From Myxococcota bacterium (GTDB taxonomy: Bacteria > Myxococcota_A > UBA9042 > PHBI01 > JAWLBL01): a stretch of DNA of 64,000 bases. A model generated the notes under the pieces. It was not told where the DNA came from. It searched no databases and saw only the letters and a program-made list of their open reading frames with translations. How positions within the stretch are numbered: position 1 is the stretch's first letter; each line of letters opens with the position of its first letter. Positions 9,428 through 17,697 of the stretch are shown here, piece by piece. The stretch is taken from assembly GCA_041687695.1 (NCBI GenBank), contig JAWLBL010000004.1, forward strand, positions 1 through 64,000, written 5' to 3'. Made by a program: the position numbers and the translations under genes.

Positions 9428-10564
9428 ATGTGGGTAGCTCTCTTTTTTGGCGCGAAGAAGCGAGCAAATACTTGCTTGCTTATCGGCACGGTGCTGGTCG
9501 GTGCCCTCGGCGCCCCGGCCTGCGACGCGGGTCACGCGGCGAGCCCGCCCGCTGCCGCCGCGCCCCTCGCCGTGCGGGTGACGCCGGCCCGCAGCAAGGC
9601 CCTGCGCGAGGTCGCGCGGTACATCGGGTCGGTCCGCGCCGCGCGGGAGATCGACCTGGTGGCGCGGCTCCCCGGTACGCTCACCGCGCTGCCGATCCCC
9701 GAGGGTGGACGGGCCGCCGCGGGGGAGCCTCTGGCGATCATCGCCACCCCGGACCTCGAGGCTCGGCAGGCGCGCCTGCGGGCCGAGCTCCGGCGCGCCA
9801 GCAGCGACCGGGCCTACCTCTGCGGCGTCGCCCGGACCGACCGCGAGCTGGTCGACGCAGGCGCCCTCGAGGGGGCGCGCCGCGACGCCAGCGTGCGGGC
9901 GTGCCGCAGCAGCGAGGCGGCGGTCGAGGCGAGCCGCGCGGCCATCGCCGAGCTCGAAGCCACCCTGGAAAAGCGCGTCGATCCGGCCCCGTTCGACGGC
10001 CGGGTGCTCGACCGGCTCGCCGAGCCCGGCGCCAACGTCGCCCCGGGCCGGCCGCTGCTTCGCTTCGGCTCCGACGCGCTCGAGATCGAGGTGCGGGTCA
10101 CCGAGAGTGACGTGCGGCGTGGCGTCGACGAGGGCACCGCGGCCCTCGTACAGCTCGACGGCGCGACCTGGCGCACCCGCGTCCTGACCGTCGCACCCAG
10201 CGCCCTCGGCCCGGGGCGCACGTTGGAGGTGCGGGTCGCGCTCCCACCCGAGGCGGTCGACCGCGTGCGCCACGGGATGTCGGTCGAGGTGGCGTTCGTG
10301 CTCCGCGAGGCGCCCGAGGACGTCGCGGTGCCGCTCGAGGCCGTCCGGCAGGACGCGGCCGGTCACCATGTGTTCGTCGTCCGGGACGCCGTGGTGCACG
10401 CCGTCGCCATCACGCCGGGCGCCTCGTCCGATGGCTGGGTGTCGACCGGCGGCGCGCTGCCGTCCGGCGCCGACGTGGTCGTCGGCGAGCTCGGGCTGCT
10501 CGAGGATGGCCTCACCGTGTACCCGGTCGCGGTGTCACCGCGGACCGCCGGGGGGCTCCAATGA
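9428..10564 (+). CDS. RND efflux periplasmic adaptor (MFP), probably a lipoprotein
   Basis: Lipobox-like GAPAC, lipoyl-like halves (LPGTLTAL..EGGRAAAGEPL; APFDGRV...PGANVAPGRPL), an alpha-hairpin and VAVPLEAV; its stop overlaps the RND start. Confidence 0.85.
   Translation: MWVALFFGAKKRANTCLLIGTVLVGALGAPACDAGHAASPPAAAAPLAVRVTPARSKALREVARYIGSVRAAREIDLVARLPGTLTALPIPEGGRAAAGEPLAIIATPDLEARQARLRAELRRASSDRAYLCGVARTDRELVDAGALEGARRDASVRACRSSEAAVEASRAAIAELEATLEKRVDPAPFDGRVLDRLAEPGANVAPGRPLLRFGSDALEIEVRVTESDVRRGVDEGTAALVQLDGATWRTRVLTVAPSALGPGRTLEVRVALPPEAVDRVRHGMSVEVAFVLREAPEDVAVPLEAVRQDAAGHHVFVVRDAVVHAVAITPGASSDGWVSTGGALPSGADVVVGELGLLEDGLTVYPVAVSPRTAGGLQ
9458..9477. promoter_or_regulatory. Putative TetR operator 2 (AAGCGAGCAAATACTTGCTT)
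   Basis: Aligns with 8780-8799 as AAGYGAGY-N4-ACTTGCTT; sits at the 5' end of the MFP gene. Confidence 0.5.
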
Positions 10565-13500
10565 GCTTCACGCGCGCCACGCTGCGCCACCGGCACGCCG
10601 TCTGGGCGCTCGCCCTCGCGGCGGCCATCTTCGGCGCGATCAGCTACCTGCGCCTGCCGATGCAGCTCTTCCCCGACACGTCACCGCCGCTCGTCAGCGT
10701 CATGACCGCCTGGCCCGGCGCCTCCGCGGCCGACGTGGCGAGCGGGCTCGTGCGGCCGCTCGAGGAGGAGCTCGGGGCGCTCGAAGGCGTCTCCCGCATC
10801 CGCTCGACGGCGCAGGACAACCTGGCGGTCGTCACGCTGGAGCTGCGCTACGACATGGACGCCGACCTGGCGGCGGTCGACGTCCAGAACGCCGTCGCGC
10901 GCATCCGCGGCGCGCTGCCGGCGGGCGCCCGCGAGCCGCGCGTGCTGAAGCTCGACACCTCGGATCGGCCGGTCCTCACCCTCGCGGTCCGCGCCAAGGC
11001 TCTGACCCACGCGCGCTCCGCCGCCGAAGACATCGTCGCGCCCACGCTCCAGCAGCTGCCCGGGGTCGCCGGGGTGGACGTCTTCGGCGGGGCGGTCGAG
11101 GCCGTCCTGGTCGAGCTCGATCCGCGCCGCCTCGAGGCCTGGCGTCTTCCGCTCGCGCGGGTGGTCGAGGCGCTCCAAACCCAGAACACGGCGGCCCCGG
11201 CCGGACAGCTGCGGACCGAGCGCACGCGCACCGCCTTGCGCGTCGAGGCCCGCGCCGTCCGCCCCGAGGCCCTGGCGCGCATCCCGGTCCCGCTCCCGGA
11301 CGGCTCGCGCGTGCTCATCGGAGACCTGGGCGTCGTGCGCCGCGGCGCCCTCGACGACGACGCGCGCTTCGCCGTCGGGGGCGAGCGGGCCATCGCGGTC
11401 CAGGTCTTCAAGGCGACCGAGGCCAACGCCGTCGAGGTGGTCGAGCGCGCGCTGGTGGCGGCCGAGGCCCTCAGCCGCGCGCACCCGACGCTGAGCATCG
11501 AGATCGGCGAGGAGAGCGCGAGCTTCACCCGGCAGTCCATCGGCACGCTGCTCGACAACGTCTGGCAGGCGCTCGCGTTCGCGGCGGCGGTCATCTTCCT
11601 CTTCGTGGGCCGGATCCGGGCCTCCCTGGTCGCGGTCGTCTCCATGCCCCTCAGCTACGGGCTCACCTTCGCGCTCATGAAGCTGACCGGGACCCAGCTC
11701 GACATGGTCACCCTGACCGCCGTCATCCTGGCGGTCGGGATGGTGGTCGACGCCTCGGTGGTCGTGCTCGAGAACATCGAGCGGCGACGCGACGCCGACG
11801 GCCTCGCGCCCGAGGAGGCGGCCGCCCGCGGCGCCGACGAGGTGCGCCTGCCGGTCCTGGCCGGCGCCGCGACCACCATGGCGGTGCTCGTCCCGCTGAT
11901 GTTCCTCGGCGGCTTCGTCGGCAAGACCTTCGGGCCGCTCGCCCGCACCCTGCTCTTCGCGTTCGTCAGCTCGGTGGCGGTCGCCCTGGTGCTCGTGCCC
12001 GTCCTCAGCCTGTACACGGCCGGTCCGAGCCGCCTCGACGCCCTCGGGGCCCTCGTCGCGCGCCCCTTCCAGTGGCTCATGACCGGGCTCCGCGCCGTCT
12101 ACCTGGCCACCCTCCGCGGCGCCCTGCGCGCCCGGCTGCTGACCGTCGGGCTCGCCGTCGGGTCGCTGGTGCTCGGCGCCCAGCTCATCCGCGCCCAGGG
12201 CATGGAGGTGCTCCCGCAGATGGACGGCGGCAGCTTCTTCGTCTCGCTCGAGACCGCGTCGGGCAGCGCGCTCGAGGAGACCGAGCGCGTGGTCCGCGAC
12301 GTCGAGGCCCTCCTGCTGGCCGAGCCGGAGGTCGTGCTGGTCCAGTCGCAGGTCGGCTTCGAGCAGGGGATGCGGTCGATGTCCGCGGCCGGCGCCCAGG
12401 GGCCGACCCAGGCCTTCGTCTCGGTCACCTTGACGCCGCGCACCCAGCGCGCCGACTCGATCTGGCACATCCAGGCGCGCGTCCGAGCGGCGCTCGCGCG
12501 GGTCCCCGGCCTCCGCTCCTCCACCGTCCGCGAGCTGGGCAACACGGCGAAGTCCACCACCGCGGCCCCCATCGTCGTGAGGCTCTCGGGCCCCGATCCC
12601 CTGGTGCTCGACCGGCTGGGCGACGAGGTCATCGACCGCCTCGCCACCGTGCCCGGCGTGGTCCAACCCGTCAGGAGCTGGCGCCGCGACCAGCGGCAGG
12701 TCCAGGTCCGTCTGGACACCCACCGCGCCGGCCAGCTCGGGATGACGCCGGCCGCCATCGCCCAGCTGATGCAGTCGGGGGCGACCGGGGTCCCATCGGG
12801 CACCCTCGAGCGCGAGGGCGCCGCGCCCGTCCCCATCCTGACCCGCTACGCGCGCGGCGACGCGCACACCCCGCGCGACGTGCTCGACCAGCCGATCGTC
12901 ACGCCAGGCTCGCCCGATCCCATCCCGCTCCGCGCCGTCGCCCGCGTCGAGGAGACGGTCGGCCCCGCGCTCGTCACCCGCGAAGATCACGCCACGACCC
13001 TGGACCTCTCGGCCTTCGCGACGGGCCGCGCCCTCAGCTTCGTCCTGGCCGACGTCGAGCGCGATCTGGCGGCGCTCACCTTGCCGCGCGGTTACGCGCT
13101 GACGCTCGCCGGCGAGAACCGCGACCTCGACGAAGCCCGCGGCGAGCTGGGAGGCGCGCTCGTGATGTCCCTGCTCGCGGTCTACCTGCTCCTGGTGGCC
13201 CAGATGGGCTCCTTCCTCCACCCGCTGACCATCCTGACGAGCGTGCCGCTGAGCCTGTCCGGCGTGGGCGCCGCCCTCTGGCTCGCCGGCAAGCCGGTCT
13301 CGATGCCGGTCATGGTCGGGCTCGTGCTGCTGGTCGGCACGGTCGTCAACAGCGCCATCATCCTGGTCGACTTCGTCAACCGCGCCGTCGCCGACGGCGT
13401 CCCGCGCCGAGAGGCCCTCGTCGCCTCGGTCCGGACGCGCTTTCGCCCCATCATGATGACCTCCCTGTCGACCGTCGTCGGGATGATCCCGCTGGCCGCC

Positions 13501-15000
13501 GAGTGGGCGCTCGGGGCCGAGCGCTTCTCGCCGCTCGCCACGGCGGTCATCGGCGGGATGGTGGCCGCCACGCTGCTGACGCTCGTCGTCATCCCGGTGC
13601 TCTACGATCTCCTGGACGACCTCGTCCGCCTCTTCCGTCGGCTGGGACGCCGGCTCGGTCGCAACGCCGGGGCGGCCGCGGCGGTCGTGCTCCTCGCCGC
13701 CACGCCCGGCCCGGCACGCGGCGCCGAGCCGGTCGCCCTCGACCTGGCGGCGGCGCTCGCGCGGGCCCGGGACGCCAGCCAGCGGCTCCAGGCCGGCGAG
13801 GACGCCGTCGCGGCGGCGCGGCACCGCACCGACGCCGCCGAGCGCCGCCGTCTGCCGCGCTTCGACCTGCAGGCCCGGTACAGCCACCTCAGCGAAGAGG
13901 AGCCAGGCGAGCTGAGGCTCCCCAACATGCCGGCCGGGGTGCGCTTCGGCGAGGCGATCACGGACTCGGCCTCCCTCCGGGTGACCGTGTCGCAGCCGGT
14001 CTTCACCGGCTTCGCGCTCGCGCGGGCCGAGGAGGCCGCCGAGCTCGGCGTCACGCTCGCGCGCCTGCACCTGGAGGTCGCGCGAGCCGACCTGGACCTG
14101 CGGGTCACCGAGACCTACCTCGGCCTCTTGCGGGCGCAGGCGCGCAGGGCCGTGGCGGCGCAGTCCGTGGCCCTGGTGCGAGCCCTCCGCCAGGATCTCG
14201 AGCGCCTGGTCGCCGCCGGCCGCGCCAACCCCCACGAGCTCGCCCGGGTCGACGCGCGTCTCGCCGAGGCGCGCCTCGGCGTCCTCGAGGCGGAAGTCGC
14301 CGCAGACGCGGCGCGCCTGACCCTCAACCACCTGACGGGGTTGCCGCCGGAGACGGAGCTCCATCTCAGCGAGGATCTCGCGACGCCGCACGATCCGAGG
14401 CCCGCCGGCGACCTCCACGCTCGCGCCGCCGAAGGCCGGCCCGATGTTCGCGTCGCCTCCGCGGCCGCCGAGCTGGCCGTCGTCCGCGCCGAGTCCGCGA
14501 CCGCCGCCCGCTGGCCGCAGGTCCACCTGCAAGCCGGCTACTCGTTTGGGAACCCGGGGGATCGGACCTTCCCGCCCCGCCAGGAGTGGGGCGACGCGTG
14601 GGACGTCTCGGTGGTCCTGGGGTGGACCGCCTTCGACTTCGGGGCGCGCGATGCGGAGATCGCCGCGGTCGAGGCAGAGGCGACGGCCGCGCGGCGCACC
14701 CGCGACGAGCTGAGCCGGCTCACCCGCCTCGAGGTCGACCGCGCCCTCAACGCCCTCGAGGCGGCCGACGCCCGAATCGCCGCGGCCCGCGCCTCGGTCA
14801 CCCTGGCCGACCGCGCCCTGACCCAGGCCCGCGAGCTCCACGGCCATGGGCGCCTGGTCGCGACCGAGCTCCTCGACCGCGAGGTCGCGCTCGCGCGCGC
14901 CCGGGTGGCCGAGATCGACGCGCGGGTCGGGGCGCGGCTCGCTCAGGCCCACCTCCGCCGCCTGACCGGCGGCCACCACCCCTCCGCTCACCTTCCATGA
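10561..15000 (+). CDS. AcrB/CusA-type RND permease fused in frame to a TolC-family outer-membrane factor
   Basis: The first ~1030 aa carry RND motifs (LPMQLFPD, GMVVDASVVVLENIER, GTVVNSAIILVD, RFRPIMMTSL, LTLVVIPVLY). The last ~420 aa are OMF-like (LPRFDLQARYS, VSQPVFTGF, WPQVHLQAGYS, WTAFDFG). There is no stop between them. Confidence 0.85.
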   Translation: MSFTRATLRHRHAVWALALAAAIFGAISYLRLPMQLFPDTSPPLVSVMTAWPGASAADVASGLVRPLEEELGALEGVSRIRSTAQDNLAVVTLELRYDMDADLAAVDVQNAVARIRGALPAGAREPRVLKLDTSDRPVLTLAVRAKALTHARSAAEDIVAPTLQQLPGVAGVDVFGGAVEAVLVELDPRRLEAWRLPLARVVEALQTQNTAAPAGQLRTERTRTALRVEARAVRPEALARIPVPLPDGSRVLIGDLGVVRRGALDDDARFAVGGERAIAVQVFKATEANAVEVVERALVAAEALSRAHPTLSIEIGEESASFTRQSIGTLLDNVWQALAFAAAVIFLFVGRIRASLVAVVSMPLSYGLTFALMKLTGTQLDMVTLTAVILAVGMVVDASVVVLENIERRRDADGLAPEEAAARGADEVRLPVLAGAATTMAVLVPLMFLGGFVGKTFGPLARTLLFAFVSSVAVALVLVPVLSLYTAGPSRLDALGALVARPFQWLMTGLRAVYLATLRGALRARLLTVGLAVGSLVLGAQLIRAQGMEVLPQMDGGSFFVSLETASGSALEETERVVRDVEALLLAEPEVVLVQSQVGFEQGMRSMSAAGAQGPTQAFVSVTLTPRTQRADSIWHIQARVRAALARVPGLRSSTVRELGNTAKSTTAAPIVVRLSGPDPLVLDRLGDEVIDRLATVPGVVQPVRSWRRDQRQVQVRLDTHRAGQLGMTPAAIAQLMQSGATGVPSGTLEREGAAPVPILTRYARGDAHTPRDVLDQPIVTPGSPDPIPLRAVARVEETVGPALVTREDHATTLDLSAFATGRALSFVLADVERDLAALTLPRGYALTLAGENRDLDEARGELGGALVMSLLAVYLLLVAQMGSFLHPLTILTSVPLSLSGVGAALWLAGKPVSMPVMVGLVLLVGTVVNSAIILVDFVNRAVADGVPRREALVASVRTRFRPIMMTSLSTVVGMIPLAAEWALGAERFSPLATAVIGGMVAATLLTLVVIPVLYDLLDDLVRLFRRLGRRLGRNAGAAAAVVLLAATPGPARGAEPVALDLAAALARARDASQRLQAGEDAVAAARHRTDAAERRRLPRFDLQARYSHLSEEEPGELRLPNMPAGVRFGEAITDSASLRVTVSQPVFTGFALARAEEAAELGVTLARLHLEVARADLDLRVTETYLGLLRAQARRAVAAQSVALVRALRQDLERLVAAGRANPHELARVDARLAEARLGVLEAEVAADAARLTLNHLTGLPPETELHLSEDLATPHDPRPAGDLHARAAEGRPDVRVASAAAELAVVRAESATAARWPQVHLQAGYSFGNPGDRTFPPRQEWGDAWDVSVVLGWTAFDFGARDAEIAAVEAEATAARRTRDELSRLTRLEVDRALNALEAADARIAAARASVTLADRALTQARELHGHGRLVATELLDREVALARARVAEIDARVGARLAQAHLRRLTGGHHPSAHLP

Positions 15001-15431
15001 GGTCTCCCATGCGCCGTCTCGTTCGCTGTTGTCTCCTCGCGTCCCTCATCGCCGTGTTCTTCGGTGTCGCCACCGTCGTCTCCGGTGGCTCGGTCCTCTT
15101 CGGCTCGGACGAGCAGCGCGCCGCGGCGGGCGCCTGGATCCCCTTCGTGGTGACCTTCAACTTCGCCGCCGGGTTCGCCTATGTCACCGCGGGCATCGGG
15201 CTCTGGCTGCGGCGCCGCTGGGCCGCCTGGCTGGCGTCGATCATCGCCGCGACGACGGCGCTCGTCTTCGTCGCCTTCGGCGTGCACGTCCTCGCCGGCG
15301 GCGACTACGAGCTCAGGACCGTGGTGGCGATGACCGTCCGCACGCTGCTCTGGCTCGGGCTCGCCGTCCTCGCCTTCCGGGCGACCCGCCATGCGGTCCT
15401 CGACGCGTCGGCGCGACCCAGCGCCCCCTGA
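14997..15431 (+). CDS. Small membrane protein (about 4 TM), last gene of the efflux operon
   Basis: ATGA overlap with the RND stop; hydrophobic segments LIAVFFGVATVV, FVVTFNFAAGFAYV, AWLASIIAATTALVFVAF and TLLWLGLAVLAF. Confidence 0.75.
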   Translation: MRSPMRRLVRCCLLASLIAVFFGVATVVSGGSVLFGSDEQRAAAGAWIPFVVTFNFAAGFAYVTAGIGLWLRRRWAAWLASIIAATTALVFVAFGVHVLAGGDYELRTVVAMTVRTLLWLGLAVLAFRATRHAVLDASARPSAP

Positions 15432-15453
15432 CCGCAGCTCGGTCCCAAGGGCG

Positions 15454-15610
15454 GCAGGCCGGTCAGACCTGGTCCGACCCGTTGGCGTCGCAGGGCGGAC
15501 GATACAGGACGTGGAGAGTGGCGACGCCTGACCCCAACGGTCTGACCCCAACGGTCCGGCCCTGGAACGTGGAAAACGGCGAGGCCCGACCTGGCCTGAC
15601 CCCAACGGAT
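15454..15610. repeat. REP-like cluster: three CTGACCCCAACGG copies plus an inverted GGTCAGACC
   Basis: CTGACCCCAACGG at 15528, 15542 and 15596; ggcaggccggtcag recurs at about 29663. Confidence 0.55.
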
Positions 15611-15630
15611 CGCGGGGCGGCCGCGGCGAG

Positions 15631-15840
15631 ATGAATAGAGCCTTGCCGAGTGACCTTCAGCTATCGCAGCATCGGCAAGAGGTGGGGGCGAACCACGCGC
15701 TGTGGTTGCACCTCTGGGAGCACCTCGCCCCGCAGATGGCCGAGACGGACGTCGACTTCGTGCCGCTGCCACATAGGCTCCCCGAGCTGGGGCCGAGGCG
15801 GGTGAAGGCGATCGAGCGGGGCTGGAGGCTCACGCCCTGA
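15631..15840 (+). CDS. Small hypothetical protein or gene remnant
   Basis: 69-aa ORF directly upstream of the SRPBCC gene; no recognisable motif. Confidence 0.25.
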   Translation: MNRALPSDLQLSQHRQEVGANHALWLHLWEHLAPQMAETDVDFVPLPHRLPELGPRRVKAIERGWRLTP

Positions 15841-15852
15841 CAGGAGCAGAAC

Positions 15853-16344
15853 ATGTCCAGTGACGAATCGACCGAGCATATGACCCACGTGTCCACGCGC
15901 TCGGACGAGGAGCTGGTGGTGACGCGCGCCTATGACGCGCCGCGGGCGCTGGTCTGGGCCGCAACCACGCAGCCTGAGCACCTGGCCCAGTGGGTCGCGG
16001 GCCCGGCGCCGTGGTCGATGACCGTGTGCGAGCACGACCTGCGGCCCGGCGGGGCGTATCGGACGGTGCTGCGGCATGCCGACGGGTCGGAGATGGAGAT
16101 CCGCGGCGAGTATCGCGAGGTGTCGGCGCCCGAGCGCCTGGTCCTGACCGAGCGCTGGGGCGGGCCGTGGCCGGAGACCGTCCACACGATGGAGTTCACC
16201 GAGGAAGACGGCGTGACGACGGTGACGCTGGTGATTGTCTATCCGTCCGAGGCGGCGCTCGATTCGGCGGTGGGGACCGGGATGCTCCAGGGGATGGCCG
16301 AGAGCTACAACCGGCTCGAGGAGCATCTGGCGACGTTGGCGTGA
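15853..16344 (+). CDS. SRPBCC/AHSA1 (START-like) domain protein
   Basis: ELVVTRAYDAPRALVWAATTQPEHLAQW, DLRPGGAYR, GEYREVSAPERLVLTE, GMAESYNRLEEHL; AGGAG RBS. Confidence 0.9.
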   Translation: MSSDESTEHMTHVSTRSDEELVVTRAYDAPRALVWAATTQPEHLAQWVAGPAPWSMTVCEHDLRPGGAYRTVLRHADGSEMEIRGEYREVSAPERLVLTERWGGPWPETVHTMEFTEEDGVTTVTLVIVYPSEAALDSAVGTGMLQGMAESYNRLEEHLATLA

Positions 16345-16371
16345 CGGCGGAGGAGATCCGCGGCGCCCCGG

Positions 16372-17235
16372 TCATGCGTGGCCTCGCCTGGCGCGACGTC
16401 GCTCGCGCACCAGGCCCGAGAGGGTCAGGACGGCGTTGGGCGGGATCATCAGGAAGATGAACGCCAGCACCGCGACGTCGACGGCGGTCCCGGGGTAGAG
16501 GGTGAGGGCGAAGAGCAGGCAGAGGCCGGCGTTGCGGATGCTGGTGGTCGTCGCGAGGAGCTGGCGGTCGGCGCGGGCGGGGCCGCCGAGGAGCCAGCCG
16601 ATGAGCAGGGTGCCCGCCACGAAGACGGCGAAGGCGACGAGGGCGCCGCCGTCGATGACGCCGACGGCCTCCCGCTTGAGGGCGCTGCCGACGACGGTCG
16701 CGGCGACGAACGCCAGGGCCGAGACCAGGTTCGCGGGGCGCGCCAGCCTCCGGGCACGGTCCGGGCGGTGACGTCGGAGCCACGCCCCTACGGCGATGGG
16801 CAGGGCGGCGGCGAGGAGGAACGCCAGGATGTGCTCGGCGGCGCCGAGGGCGCCCGGGGCCCGGGGCAGGGGCATGGCGAGGACGGCCAGGGGCGTGGTC
16901 ACGAGCGCGACAAGGGTCAGCGCGAAGAGCAGGGTGGCCGCTTGGGCGAGGCGCCCGCCGATGCGCGTGGTGAACTGGAGGACGTTGAGGCCGCCGGGCG
17001 CCACGCCCAGCAGGAGGAGGGCCACCTGGGCGTCGGGGGCCATGGGGATCAGGGCCACGAGCAGGACGGCGAGGGCGGGTGCCAGCACCACGTTGGCGAG
17101 GAGGGCGCGGGCCAGCAGGCGTCGCTCGCGCAGCAGGGCGGTGAGCTGCGCCCAGGTCACCGAGAGGCCCACGTAGAGCATCGCCGTGACGACGAAGACG
17201 AGCTCCAGGGCCAGGGTCCAGTCGAACGCGTCCAT
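16372..17235 (-). CDS. Bile acid:sodium symporter (SBF/BASS) family transporter
   Basis: About 9 hydrophobic helices; MLYVGLS, ALLANVVLAP, VAPGG and TSIRNAGLCL motifs. Confidence 0.8.
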   Translation of the reverse strand: MDAFDWTLALELVFVVTAMLYVGLSVTWAQLTALLRERRLLARALLANVVLAPALAVLLVALIPMAPDAQVALLLLGVAPGGLNVLQFTTRIGGRLAQAATLLFALTLVALVTTPLAVLAMPLPRAPGALGAAEHILAFLLAAALPIAVGAWLRRHRPDRARRLARPANLVSALAFVAATVVGSALKREAVGVIDGGALVAFAVFVAGTLLIGWLLGGPARADRQLLATTTSIRNAGLCLLFALTLYPGTAVDVAVLAFIFLMIPPNAVLTLSGLVRERRRARRGHA

Positions 17236-17697
17236 CGCGGCCCCGCTAGGATCCTGCAGCGGTTTGCGGAACGAGCGAGTCCGAAGGGGATCCGCCCAGA
17301 CCGGCGTTCGACGGCTGCGTCGTCGAACCCCATGGTCCTCGGACGTCGAGCACCGCGAAACGCTGCCCGCGCTGGCCCGCAGGGCCAGGGGAGCCGGGGA
17401 CCGCGGGGAGCCGGTGGGGGAATGGAGCCGAGACTCGCGATGGGAGCATGGGCGCTACGGGTTCCTCCTTGGAATATGGACCTCACCGCCCGACCTGCGG
17501 GCGCCCTGGGCTACCCTGAGCTGGGCGAGGCGCCTCACCGGCGCGACCTGGGCGAGCGGCCCTCGGTCATGCCGAAACCGGTAAGCCAGCTTCGTCGGCC
17601 GTCAACGGCGGGCCCTGCCGAGCCCGGCCCCTCGCGACGACCCCGCGCGCGTCCACGTCGTCCGTCGCCGCGCTCATCCGACTTCGAGAGTCCCCGC

